Origin: Eledone cirrhosa
Lineage: Eukaryota
Assembly (NCBI GenBank): GCA_964016885.1
Contig: OZ024740.1
Span: 417,322,001-417,386,000 of the forward strand
Direction of reading: 5' to 3'
DNA length: 64,000 bases
The notes beneath the pieces are model-generated. The model was not told the DNA's origin. It saw nothing but the letters and a program-made list of their open reading frames with translations, and searched no databases. The translations under genes and the position numbers were made by a program. This document shows positions 1-12,046 of the stretch, one piece after another; the stretch's first letter is position 1, and each line of letters starts with the position of its first letter.

Positions 1-186
1 GATTCTAGTGGTAGGAAGTCACAGTAGTGATAGACTAAGAAAAAATGTAGTGAGAGCTGATCTCAAATTGCTGAGACTCATAGAGGAAATGAAGGAATGC
101 GAGAGGTGGAGAGATGCTGTGTTAAAAAGGACTTGTCCCACCCTTGCAAGTGTGGAAAAATGGACGTAAATAAAAAACGATGATAT
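1..186 (+). mobile_element. Decayed 3' end of RTE-clade LINE (family A)
   Basis: Matches the end of the copy at 15870-16070 (cccacccttgcaag..ggaaaa..ggacgtaaa followed by gatgat tail). Confidence 0.75.
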
Positions 187-399
187 ATTTAATGCAAGTC
201 TAGGAATATTGATGTGAAAATCGTCACAATTTCATGTTTATAAATATACTAGTACATAACCGTCTAACCCATGCTAGCATGGAAAGTGGACGTTAAACGA
301 GGATGATGATAACCTGTTATTTTACAGAACGAATAACAAATAATCCATTTTTTCTGCAAACTTTAATAAAGTTGTTTATGGATTATATATAGATACCCA

Positions 400-560
<161 letters not shown>

Positions 561-1358
561 TTCATCCGCAATCATTATTATTTTTCTCTCTATCATAAAT
601 CTTTTTAATCTCAATTTCATCCTTAATTTATTATTTTTTTTCTCCCCATCAACGAACTCATTCTTAATACATATTAATTATTCGCATATATTATCAATTC
701 CTTCAATATACAAACTTTAATTTCACATTATTTTTCTCAAATCCTTCTACACACAAACCTTAATAATTTTTCTCTTCGTTAATTTTGAAATTGCCACAAT
801 ACTTATCAACACACACTTTTTTTGACGTTAGAATATTCATCCACAATTATTATTTTTTCTCTCTATCTTCATACATAAATTCCCTTCGTTAATTTTCAAA
901 TTCCTTTAATTTATGTAAAACAATATATCTTTTTCTCAGTTATAAAAACTATCTCTTTCTCTCTATCACCCATCTCTCCCTCTCCACCTTCACTCTCATC
1001 CCCTCCCCCTTTTTTCATCCTTTCCACCCCCCACCCCCTCCATAAATAAAATATTCTTTCCTCGCACATATCCTCCCTTCGTTAATTTCAAATTTTTAAT
1101 TTATACATTATCTTCCAACGGTTTTCAACCTCTCTATGTAAAACAATATATCTCCTCTCAGTTATAAAAACTATCTCTTTCTTTCTCTCTATCACCCATC
1201 TCTCCCTCTCATCTCCTCCCCTTTTTCATCCTTTCCACCCCCCCCCCCCCTCTCTAAATAAAATATTTTTCCCAATATCACACATCAATCTAAAACCACT
1301 TTTCATATGTTGATTTAAAACTGCACTATCCACAAGTGTTTTTTAGCCTTCATATCAT

Positions 1359-1444
1359 GTTCTCCTGTTTTATCTGATGAAAACACAAATATTATTGCAT
1401 GATGATGTTTGTTTTTGAAATGCGCATAATAAAATACATGGAAC
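1359..1444 (+). ncRNA. Minimal type I hammerhead ribozyme motif in a probable Penelope-like terminal repeat remnant
   Basis: tgttttat-CTGATGA(1374-1380)-stem II acaaatattatt/gatgatgtttgt-GAAA(1417-1420)-palindromic tgcgca-TA-ataaaata. Stem I is nearly identical to that of the hammerhead at 60324-60417. Confidence 0.75.
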
Positions 1445-1471
1445 TCCTTTAACCATCTTTTGATCTTATAT

Positions 1472-1816
<345 letters not shown>

Positions 1817-1949
1817 ACCGTAGACAAAATGTTGACTTTTGGTATGAATAAAAACATTTCAAAATGATTGTCAGTTTGTGTAACACACCCCACCCCACTC
1901 CATACATATTTAGGGAAACTATATTATTTATCCAACCACAAGTTAGTCG

Positions 1950-2280
1950 GTAAATTGGCAGAATCATTAGAACGTTGGATAGAATTATTTGTGGTATTCA
2001 TTTCAACTCTTTGTTCTCTGAGTTCAAATCCTGTCGAGGTCAACTTTGCCTTTTATCCTTTCAAGGTCAATAAAAAAAGTACCAGTTGAGTACTGGCGTC
2101 GATTCTTCCTCAATATCTCTTTCTTACTTCCTTTCTCTTATTCTCAATCTTTCTCTGGAAGAAATCTGCTGTACTCACGCCTTGAGAGGAATGGGCTCTA
2201 CCAGGTTTTAAATGCCCAAGAAATGCTGTATATCAATACAGCGCCCCCTACAACTCCATCGGGAGTTACGGGACCTTAAC
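1950..2280 (+). mobile_element. tRNA-derived SINE with CORE-like body, long-tail variant
   Basis: A box tggcagaatcattag, B box gagttcaaatcc, body gaggtcaactttgccttttatcc. Related minus-strand copies at about 24330-24640, 30270-30590 and 39540-39845. Confidence 0.75.
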
Positions 2281-2309
2281 TAAACCATAGATACATATAT
2301 ACATACGTG

Positions 2310-2605
2310 TTGGTGGACCTCCACCAGTTTCGACAAGAGCTCCAGTTGGTTTAATCAATGGGGCTGTCAGCCCATGAAATTAATGTGCAAGTTGCTGAAT
2401 ATTCCACAACACATGCACCCTGAATACAGTTCTCAGGGAGATACAATGTGCGTTAAAGCCAGCCCCTTGAATTATAGGTACAACTTATTTTTGCCTGTTG
2501 AGTGGGCTGAAGCACCATAAAATAAAGTGTCTTGCTCAAGGACACAATGTACTGCCTGGTCCAAGATTCGAACAAACAACCCAGCACCCTAACCACTATG
2601 CTGCA
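2310..2605 (-). mobile_element. tRNA-derived SINE (second family)
   Basis: Reverse complement of the family at 4530-4862; same orientation as 62035-62340. Confidence 0.7.
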
Positions 2606-3159
2606 TACCACAACAAATAAATATGCATACATTTATACATGCACACAACAAAGAAATATATACACACGTATACATACATGGAAGAAAGAAATATACATAC
2701 ATATATACATGCACACAACAAAGAAATATATACACACGTATACATACATGCAAGAAGTAACTATATACAGACATATACGTACATGGAAGAAATAAATATA
2801 CATACATATACACATGCACACAACAAATATATACACATATATACATACAGGCAAAAAATATCAATACATATACACACATACAAGACAAATAATATATTCA
2901 TATATACATGAGACAACAAGGAAGCTTCTATATGGTCACTCATGTTACTAGAAATAACAGCTAAATCTCCCTTAAATCACACACTACTGTCTCTGGATAA
3001 GACATGTGTTCCTGATTCCCTGCATGTATGAAAAAGATGGGATGGTCACAGCTATGTTGCCTCTGATGTCTAATTAAGACACATCTCCCACACCCTAACA
3101 CTCCACCCTTCACCAGCTAAGTGCCCCACTCTAGACCTACCTCCTCCACCCCAGCCCCC

Positions 3160-4232
3160 AGTCCATCCTGTAAAGTGGTCGTTTTGGTGTCACAACAAAA
3201 AGTACCCAGTCCACACTGTAAACTGGTCATGTTGGTGTCATAACAAAAAGTACCCAGTCCACACTGTAAAGTGGTCAGGTAGGTGTCATAACAAAAAGTA
3301 CCCAGTCTACACTGTAAACTGGTCATGTTGGTGTCATAAGAAAAAGTACCCAGTCCACACTGTAAAGTGGTCAGGTAGGTGTCATAACAAAAAGTACCCA
3401 GTCTACACTGTAAACTGGTCATGTTGGTGTCATAACAAAAAGTACCCAGTCCACACTGTAAAGTGGTCATTTTGGTGACACAATAAAAAAGTACCCAGTC
3501 CACACTGTAAAGTGGTCATGTATGTGTCATAACAAAAAGTACCCAGTCCACACTGTAAAGTGGTCATTTTGGTGACACAATAAAAAAGTACCCAGTCCAC
3601 ACTGTAAAGTGGTCATTTTGGTGTCACAACAAAAAGCAGCCAGTCCACACTGTAAAGTGGTCATTTTGGTGTCACAACAAAAAGCACCCAGTCCACACTG
3701 TAAAGGGGTCATTTTGGTATCATAACAAAAAGCACTCAGTCCACACTGTAAAGTGGTCATGTAGGTGTCATAACAAAAAGCACCCAATCCACACTGTAAA
3801 GTGGTCGTTTTGGTGTCATAACAAAAGGTACCCAGTCCACACTGTAAAGTGGTCATTTTGGTATCATAACAAAAAGTACCCAGTCCACACTGTAAAGTGG
3901 TCATTTTGGTGTCACAACAAAAAGTACCCAGTTCACACTGTAAAGTGGTCATTTTGGTGTCATAACAAAAAGCACGCAATCCACACTGTAAAGTGGTCGT
4001 TTTGGTGTCATGACAAAAAGTACCCAGTCCACACTGTGAAGTGGTCGTGCTGGTGTCATAACAAAAAGTACCCAGTCCACACTGTAAAGTGGTCGTTTTG
4101 GTGTCATAACAAAAAGTACCCAGTCCACACTGTAAAGTGGTCGTGCTGGTGTCACAATAAAAACACCCAGCCCACACTGTAAAGTGGTCATGAAGGTGTC
4201 AATAAAAAGCACCCAGTCCACACTGTAAAGTA
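3160..4232. repeat. 48-bp minisatellite, about 22 copies, followed by an RTE-type tail
   Basis: Unit aaaaagtacccagtccacactgtaaagtggtcattttggtgtcataac; followed by atgctagtatggaaaaatggatgttaac(gat)n at 4232-4286. Confidence 0.95.
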
Positions 4233-4529
4233 TGCTAGTATGGAAAAATGGATGTTAACAGTGATGATGATGATGATGATGATGATTTGACTAAACACAA
4301 CAGGGAGTCCACAATGAGGTTGTTCCTCTTCCTAGAAATAGCAGCCAAATCTCCCTCAAAACACTCTCTACCATCAAAAAGAAAGGATACATGAGATAAT
4401 GTAGTCTTACATAACTCTAAGACAGAATAGACACAGCTGGACTGTTTTTGATCATAGGTCAGCTTCATCAGAGGGACTGGGGTCTTAAAACAACAACAAT
4501 GAATACTATTACATATATTTATGTATGAT

Positions 4530-4862
4530 GGCATGTAGCCTAGTGGTATTCCAGCTGACGATCATAGGGTTGTGAGTTTGATTTCTGGCGAGGCATTGTG
4601 TCCTTGAATAAGACACTTTATTTCACTTTATTTCACACTGCTCCAGTCTACTCAGATGGCAAAAATGAGTTGTACAAATAATTTAAAGGGGTTAGTCTGG
4701 TCACATTCTGCGTCAGCGTCATACTGAATCTCCCTGAGAACCACATTAAGGATGTACGTGTTTGTGGAATGCTCAGCCACTTGCACATTAATTTCATGAG
4801 CAGGCTGTTCCAATGATCAAATCAACTGAAACACTTGTTGTCATAACCGATGGAGTGCCAGT
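4530..4862 (+). mobile_element. tRNA-derived SINE (second family)
   Basis: tRNA-like head tagcctagtggt..gagtttgatttc, then tgtgtccttgaataagacacttta body, ending taaccgatggagtgcca. Confidence 0.75.
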
Positions 4863-5182
4863 TTTATATTTGCGTGTAAATATGCAATCAAATACGTGCC
4901 TAAAATATATTTTAAATAGTTCTTTGGACTGATCCTAGTGTTAGACCGTTAGAAAAGCTTATAGTTTTACTGTCAACAATAACAAATGTTATAATACATT
5001 GGATAACAACCTACACTAGATCAGACAGGAGGTGAAACTTGTATATAAATAAACAAAATGTGACAAAAAATAAGAAAAAAGAATCAATGGAAAAATGGGG
5101 TCAGCTTATATTTGAGGTCAACATTTTGCTGATTTTCATTAACTTCAAAATTCTATGTAAATAGGGTGCTAAAATATTTTTG

Positions 5183-6075
5183 CTTTGGAGGTGAATATTA
5201 CACCGGTTTTACTTTGGAGGTGGATATTACACCAGTTTCACTTTGGAGGTGGATATTACACCAGTTTCACTTTGGAGGTGGATATTACACCAGTTTCACT
5301 TTGGAGGTGGATATTACACCGGTTTTACTTTGGAGGTGGATATTACACTGGTTTTACTTTGGAGGTGGATATTACCCCAGTTTCACTTTGGAGGTGGATA
5401 TTACACCAGTTTCACTTTGGAGGTGGATATTACACCGGTTTTACATTGGAGGTGGATATTACCCCAGTTTCACTTTGGAGGTGGATATTACACCAGTTTC
5501 ACTTTGGAGGTGGATATTACACCATTTTCACTTTGGAGGTAAATATTACACCAGTTTCACTTTGGAGGTGGAGATTACACCAGTTTCACTTTGGGGGTGA
5601 TTATTACACCTGTTTCACTTTGGAGGTGAATATTACACCAGTTTCACTTTGGAGGTGGATATTACACCAGTTTCACTTTGGAGGTGAATATTACACCTGT
5701 TTCACTTTGGAGGTAAATATTACACCAGTTTCACTTTGGAGGTGAATATTACACCTGTTTCACTTTGGAGGTGAATATTACACCAGTTTCACTTTTGAGG
5801 TAAATATTACACCTGTTTCACTTTGGAGGTGAATATTACACCTGTTTCACTTTGGAGGTGGATATTACACCGATTTCACTTTGGAGGTGGATATTACACC
5901 AGTTTCACTTTGGAGGTGAATATTACATCTGTTTCACTTTGGAGGTAAATATTACACCTGTTTCACTTTGGAGGTGGATATTACACCAGTTTCACTTTGG
6001 AGGTGAATATTACACTGGTTTCACTTTGGAGGTGAATATTATACTGGTTTTACTTTGGAGGTGAATATTACACTG
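5183..6075. repeat. 29-bp minisatellite, about 31 copies, inside a pogo-like MITE remnant
   Basis: Unit ttggaggtggatattacaccagtttcact. The left flank and a single unit recur at 40630-40735. Confidence 0.95.
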
Positions 6076-6197
6076 CAGTATGTATGGGTTTGCTACATGT
6101 GATAGAATACTGTGAGAGAACTGTATGTATGAGTCCAGTTAAAATAGGGTTAGAAATGGCAATGAAATCAGTGAAGATTTGAATGTTCAGTTAGTTT

Positions 6198-6424
6198 TAA
6201 CCCTTTAGCATTTACATTACTCTATATTTACTATTATATTTTTGTGGTAAAGGCTTTATCTCACATAGTTATCTCAGAATATCAATTATACAAGATTTTA
6301 ACATTATCTATTTTGAGAACAATACCTTAACATAAGTATGAGTGGCCAGTTACTGCTGGTTTTACCAGAAAGAGGTGAAAGAATTCTGGCCGGATATGGC
6401 CGGTTTAAATACTAAAGGGTTAAA
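6198..6424. mobile_element. TTAA-flanked MITE (piggyBac-like ends)
   Basis: ttaaccctttagcattta ... taaatactaaagggttaa. Further copies at about 11030-11245, 23697-23923, 28549-28945 and 35323-35545. Confidence 0.75.
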
Positions 6425-7269
6425 CACAATTCTATCTTCAGTTTACTTCCATTCAGTCGTTTTTCAGAGACAATCAAAATGTATTTCAGGAAATGTTGGG
6501 TATTTTTTTGGAGGTTTGAAGTTAACAGTTTAGTTAGAGAAGAAAGACAGTGTCCGAACCCCTTTTCAGGGCCTCCAAAACTGGTGAAAGATGAAGAGTT
6601 ATCCTCAGACCAGAAACCTCGTTATAAAAGAGTAAACCCCGTTAAAGACACACAAAGAGCCTGGTGGTGGAACAGGGGAAGGTGGGAGGGGTAAACAGGC
6701 AACAGGATAATATTCTTCCCCCTTTCTTTCTTCTGTTGCCTAATAGTCCTTCCTTGCTCTTTCCCTCTCATTTATGGCATTTATAGTCCTTTCCAATACT
6801 GCTTTCTTTTTCTGTATGCTTGACTAAACATTCTAAATCCATCTATGTATCTAAATTACTACAATAAAGAATTTGCTGATTTGGAACTCATAAATACAAG
6901 AGAATCGGTCCCATTGTAGAAAATATTAAAATCATTTAGAGAATTTCAAAACCTAGCTAAAAATAAATTTCAGTTAAAAGTTGTAAAAATGAACGTCACC
7001 ATGTCTAATTTTTCTTTTATTCTATTTTACTGGCTTCAACCATTAGACTGTGGTCATACTGGGACACTACCTTTAAAGATTTAGTTGATTATATTGGCCC
7101 CAGAACTTATAGCAAGCACCCACTTAACATTATTGAACTCTATTTATTGAACTGATAAATTACAAGAGATAAAAAATACAATGGATCAATAGATACACAT
7201 CACTGATTTTAACAACTGGTGTAAACATAAACATAGATTATACACACACACACCATATATATATATATA

Positions 7270-7508
7270 TATTGTTATACTTGGGGAGGGTCATATTTGT
7301 GTAATATTGCCAGAATTAATAATAGAACACACTCACTGTTTGGTTGGTTTTCGCTTTTCGCTTCTGTGTCTTTTATATCGGTAATCTAATTTATTCGGTC
7401 CTCAATGTTGCCATTGACTGACCAACGGTCAAAAATAATACAGATACAATATAGACACAAACACATATATATAGTTTATCACACGCTTTCATATTAAAAA
7501 CCTCACAA

Positions 7509-7556
<48 letters not shown>

Positions 7557-8365
7557 ATACTTGGGGAGGGTCATATTGTTGTAATAATTGTTTCTACTTT
7601 AGGCACAAGGCCAGCAAATACCCAGTACATTACTGGTACTTTATTTTATCGACCCCGTAAGGATGAAAGGCAAAGTCAACCTCGGCGGGATTTGAACTCA
7701 GATCGTAAAGGGACGTAACTATGCTGGAAAGCATGGCGTCCGACTCTCTACCAATACTGCCAATCCACCGCCAATCCACCATATTGTTGTAATAATATTG
7801 CCAGAAATGATAACAGAACACACTCACTGTTTGGGTGGTTTTCGCTTCTGTATCTTTTATATCAGTTAATTCAATGTTTACCATTGACTGACCAACGGTA
7901 AAAAATACAGATATAATATAGATATAAACACATATATATAGTCTAACAAAGTTCTTTCGTTGCACATCTGCAACATTGTCAGTGGTGCTATTATGTTCCT
8001 CCTGTTGTATTGTATATTTACGCCATCTTTATTTAATCTGTTTATATACAATACAACAGGAGGAACATAATAGCACCACTGACGATGTTGCAGATGTGCA
8101 ACAAAAGAACTTTGTTAGACTATATATATGTGTTTATATCTATATTATATCTGTATTTTTTACCGTTGGTCAGTCAATGGTAAACATTGAGGACTGAATT
8201 AATTAACTGATATAAAAGATACAGAAGCGAAAACCAACCAAACAGTGAATGTGTTCTGTTATTAATTCTGGCAATATTATTACAACAATATGACCCTCCC
8301 CAACTATAACAATATTTATATCTATACACGATTTCATATCAAAAATCTCGCAAAACAAATATATA
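7270..8365. repeat. Tandem plus inverted duplication (foldback) of a probable Penelope-like terminal repeat
   Basis: Arms 7550-8018 (interrupted by a SINE) and 8045-8313 are reverse complements; an extra direct copy lies at 7270-7515; bounded by (TA)n. Confidence 0.8.
7589..7780 (-). mobile_element. CORE-like tRNA SINE with target-site duplication
   Basis: Flanked by catattgttgtaataat on both sides; absent from the sister arm of the foldback. Confidence 0.85.
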
Positions 8366-8714
8366 TATATATAAATGAAAGGTATAGAAAGTATTGTAGC
8401 AAGAAGCCAACAGTATTCCATAATATATAAGTGACTATAGCGTCAAAATGGGAAAATAGTTAACGTAAGATGTGGGAAAAATAATTCAAACTCAATTCAA
8501 AAAGAATCAGGATATAGATTTATCCAACAGAATTTAGTGAAATCCAGGGAAAAATCAATACTCATGTAAAATAAAGTTTAAAATACTCATCCTTCAATTT
8601 GGGACAACTACAAATGCTCTGTATAGTCTTGAAAAAGACTATTTCACGTAAACTTTCAGTGACCACTATTAAAAAAGGTACTCAATACGTTAGTGGAGTT
8701 TAAGCATATTTATT

Positions 8715-8825
8715 TTATTATAGAAATTACTTCTACAGGACTAGAACTGCTTCATTCATAAGAAATCATAACGATTTCTTATGAATGAAACAGTTCTAGC
8801 CCTGTAGAAGTCATTTCTATAATAA
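8715..8825. repeat. About 55-bp-arm foldback with a 5'-truncated hammerhead at the apex
   Basis: Near-perfect inverted repeat; right arm reads ACGA-tttcttatgaat-GAAA-cag..ctg-TA. Confidence 0.75.
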
Positions 8826-9016
8826 TTGTTTCTACTTTTGGCACAAGGCCAGCAATTACCCAGTGTATTACTGGTACTTTATTTTATCGACCCCGTAAGG
8901 ATGAAAGGCAAAGTTAACCTAGGCGGGATTTGAACTCAGAATGGCAAGGGCCGTAACTCTATGCATCAAACCATGGCGTCCAACCCTCTATTGATACTGC
9001 CAATTCACTGCCCAAT
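8826..9016 (-). mobile_element. CORE-like tRNA SINE with 16-bp TSD
   Basis: tcatttctataataat at 8811-8826 and 9017-9032. A second SINE follows at about 9035-9245. Confidence 0.85.
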
Positions 9017-9267
9017 TCATTTCTATAATAATGGTTTCTGATTTATGCACAATTTTTGTTGGCGGGGGTGGGGGGGGGGTGAAATCGACCCCAATGCATT
9101 ACTGGTGCTTTATTTTATCGGTCCTGTAAGGATGAAAGACAAAGCTAACCTCAGCAGGATTTGAACTCAGAATATAAAGGGCTGTAACTCTATGCCGCTA
9201 AGCATGGTGTCCAACACTCTACCAATATTGCCAATTCCCCGCTCATTTCTAAAATAATAATAATAAT

Positions 9268-10462
9268 AAAAGTCCCCAGCCCACCCAGTAAAGTGGTCGT
9301 GTACGTGTCCCGACAAAAAGCACCCAGTCCACTCTGTAAAGTGGTCATGTAGGTGCCACAATAAAAAGCACCCTGCCCGCACTTTAAAGTGGTTGTGTAG
9401 GTGTCCCGACAAAAAGCACCCAGCCCACCCTGTAAAGTGGTCATTTTGGTGTCACAACAAAAAGCACCCAGTCCACTCTGTAAAGTGGTCATGTAGGTGT
9501 CATGATAAAAAGCACCCAGTCCACACTGTAAAGTGGTCATTTTGGTGTCACAACAAAAAGCACCCAGTCCACTCTGTAAACTGGTTGTGTAGGTGTCATG
9601 ATAAAAAGCACCCAGTCCACACTGTAAAGTGGTCATGTAGGTGTCATGATAAAAAGCACCCAGTCCACACTGTAAAGTGGTCATGTAGGTGTCATGATAA
9701 AAAGCACCCAGTCTACACTGTAAAGTGGTCACGTAGGTGTGACAATAAAAAGCACCCAGTCCACTCTGTAGAGTGGTTGTGTAGGTGTCACAATAAAAAG
9801 CACCCAGGCCTCTCTGTAAAATGGTCATGTAGGTGTCACAATAAAAAGCACCCAGCCCACACTGTAAAATGATCATGAAGGTGTCACAATAAAAAGCCCC
9901 CAGTCCACACTGTAAAGTGGTCATGTAGGTGTCACAATAAAAAGCACCCAGTCCACTTTGTAAAGTGGTCATGTAGTCATGTAGGTGTCATAGTAAAAAG
10001 CACCCAGCCCACACTGTAAAGTGGTCATGAAGGTGTCATGATAAAAAGCACCCAGTCAACTCTGTAAAGTGGTCATGTAGGTGTGTCACAATAAAAAGCA
10101 CCCAGCCCACACTGTAAAGTGGTCATGAAGGTGTCACAATAAAAAGCACCCAGCTCACACTGTAAAGTGGTCATGAAGGTCTCACAATAAAAATCACCCA
10201 GTCCACTCTGTAAAGTGGTCATGAAGGTCTCACAATAAAAAGCACCCAGCTCACACTGTAAAGTGGTCCTGAAGGTGTCATGATAAAAAGCACCCAGTTC
10301 ACTCTGTAAAGTGGTCATTTTGGTGTCACAATAAAAAGCACCCAGTCCACTCTGTAAAGTGGTCATGTAGGTGTCCCGACAAAAAGCACCCAGTCCACTC
10401 TGTAAAGTGGTCATGAAGGTGTCATGATAAAAAGCACCCAGTCCACTCTGTAAAGTGGTCAT
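9268..10462. repeat. 48-bp minisatellite, about 25 copies, same family as 3160-4232
   Basis: Unit aaaaagcacccagtccacactgtaaagtggtcatgtaggtgtcacaat; RTE-type tail at 10505-10550. Confidence 0.95.
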
Positions 10463-10729
10463 CATCTGACCTAGCATTTCTCACAACAAGACAACTCATT
10501 TAATCTATGCTAGCATGGAAAAATGGCCATTAAATGGTGATGATGATGATATATATAAATATGTTAGCGTGGAAGATAGACGTTAAATGATGATGATGAT
10601 GATATAAATATATATATATATATATATAAGCCAGATGTGCTTATTGATGTTGTTTAACCCAGGTAAACCCTGCTTCAGTAAACATATGATTAAAATACAT
10701 TTTATGTTGTTTTTTGTATATCTTGGTCT

Positions 10730-11012
10730 AAGAGGGTTGGCTGAAAAGTTCATAAACTGACCAAAGTACTCTCATGGAATGACCAAATGAGGTTTATTTT
10801 TCCAACACATTTCTTAGAAAGAAACAATACAGTTTACAGTTATTAATAAGAAGAGTTGAAATTAATGCATGCAAGATTTCACAGCTCTAGCATCACTCCT
10901 TGATAGTCAGCCAATGAACATTTCAGCCCACTCTCATATATTGCAAGGATTTCACAGCTCTAGCATCACTACTTCAGAGTCAGCCAATGAACTTTTCAGT
11001 CCACTCCCGTAT
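10730..11012. mobile_element. Mariner-like MITE
   Basis: Ends gagggttggctgaaaagttcat / atgaacttttcagtccactcccgta; same family as 48083-48577 and 29205-30160. Confidence 0.7.
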
Positions 11013-12046
11013 ATGTACATTGTTGTTGTCTAACCCTTTAACATTTAAACTGGCCGTATCCAGCCAGAATTCTCTCACCCCTTTCTGTTCAAACCAGCTG
11101 TAACCAGCCACTCATACCAACATTAAAGTATTGTTTTCAAAATAAATCATATCAAGATTTCATAGATTCGATATAATGTGAGATAAAGCTTTCACCACGA
11201 AAATATAATAGTAAATATAGAATAATGTAAATGATAAAGGGTTAACCTAGGTAAACCCTGCTTCAAGCAACATATGATGAAATACGTTTCATGTTTTGTT
11301 GTTTTCTTTGTATATCTATATCTATATTGTTTTATGTAAAAGATTGTGTTTGTGTAGATTAAACTGACACAAAACCATTTAGATTGATGTGTTAATAATA
11401 TTTCAGTTTGTTGCTAACCAATGTATGTGTCTGTAAGTATTTTAATATGTAGTTACAACAGCTACATGAGTTATAATAATCCTTAGCTACTGACTTGAAT
11501 TACATAAACACACAAATACACATCCATATACATGAGCATATACACATATATATTTAAATCATAATTTGCAAACTGAAAACTTAATTGATACAAAATCAAT
11601 TATTCTCTACAGCAACTGCTGGAACATTCTGGAATGTAAATTTACTTTTGTAAAATGAATTTTTGAAAATACCTGGTTACAAATTAATTACTGTATTTTC
11701 CAGCATTGAAGATGCTATTTTTTTCCTAAAATAAGTCTTGAAAATCTACCATCTGTCCTGGAGGCTGAAAGGTGTGTTTCTCATAGGCATATCCTAACCC
11801 CAGGGGAAAATTATCTCTGCTAGATAGTAATCTTAACTCGTGTATGTGACCTCTCAATGAAGTGTATAAACTATATTTAGTTAAAGTAGTAAATAAACAA
11901 ACCATCATAAAAAATTAGGTGACAACACACAATGTGCCAGGATATTATTTTTATGTTTATCATTATTTTTCAAATTTTTGATTGTCAAAATTGGGAGGGC
12001 AAAACATCATCAATGACAAGAAATAAGGTACATTTAAAATGCTTAC

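Noticed and set aside
4530-4610. tRNA genes at SINE heads (also 37697, 40095, 62270)
   Set aside because: A and B boxes run straight into SINE bodies with no complete cloverleaf.
9190-10477. Cys-rich 16-aa repeat proteins (also 3117-4221)
   Set aside because: These are translations of a 48-bp TE-derived minisatellite that happens to lack stops in one frame; the frames break between blocks and no splice context is evident.
11985-12046. Last 20 codons of the 923-aa ORF
   Set aside because: They follow a strong CAG/GTAAGC donor and are probably intronic, although read-through is not excluded.
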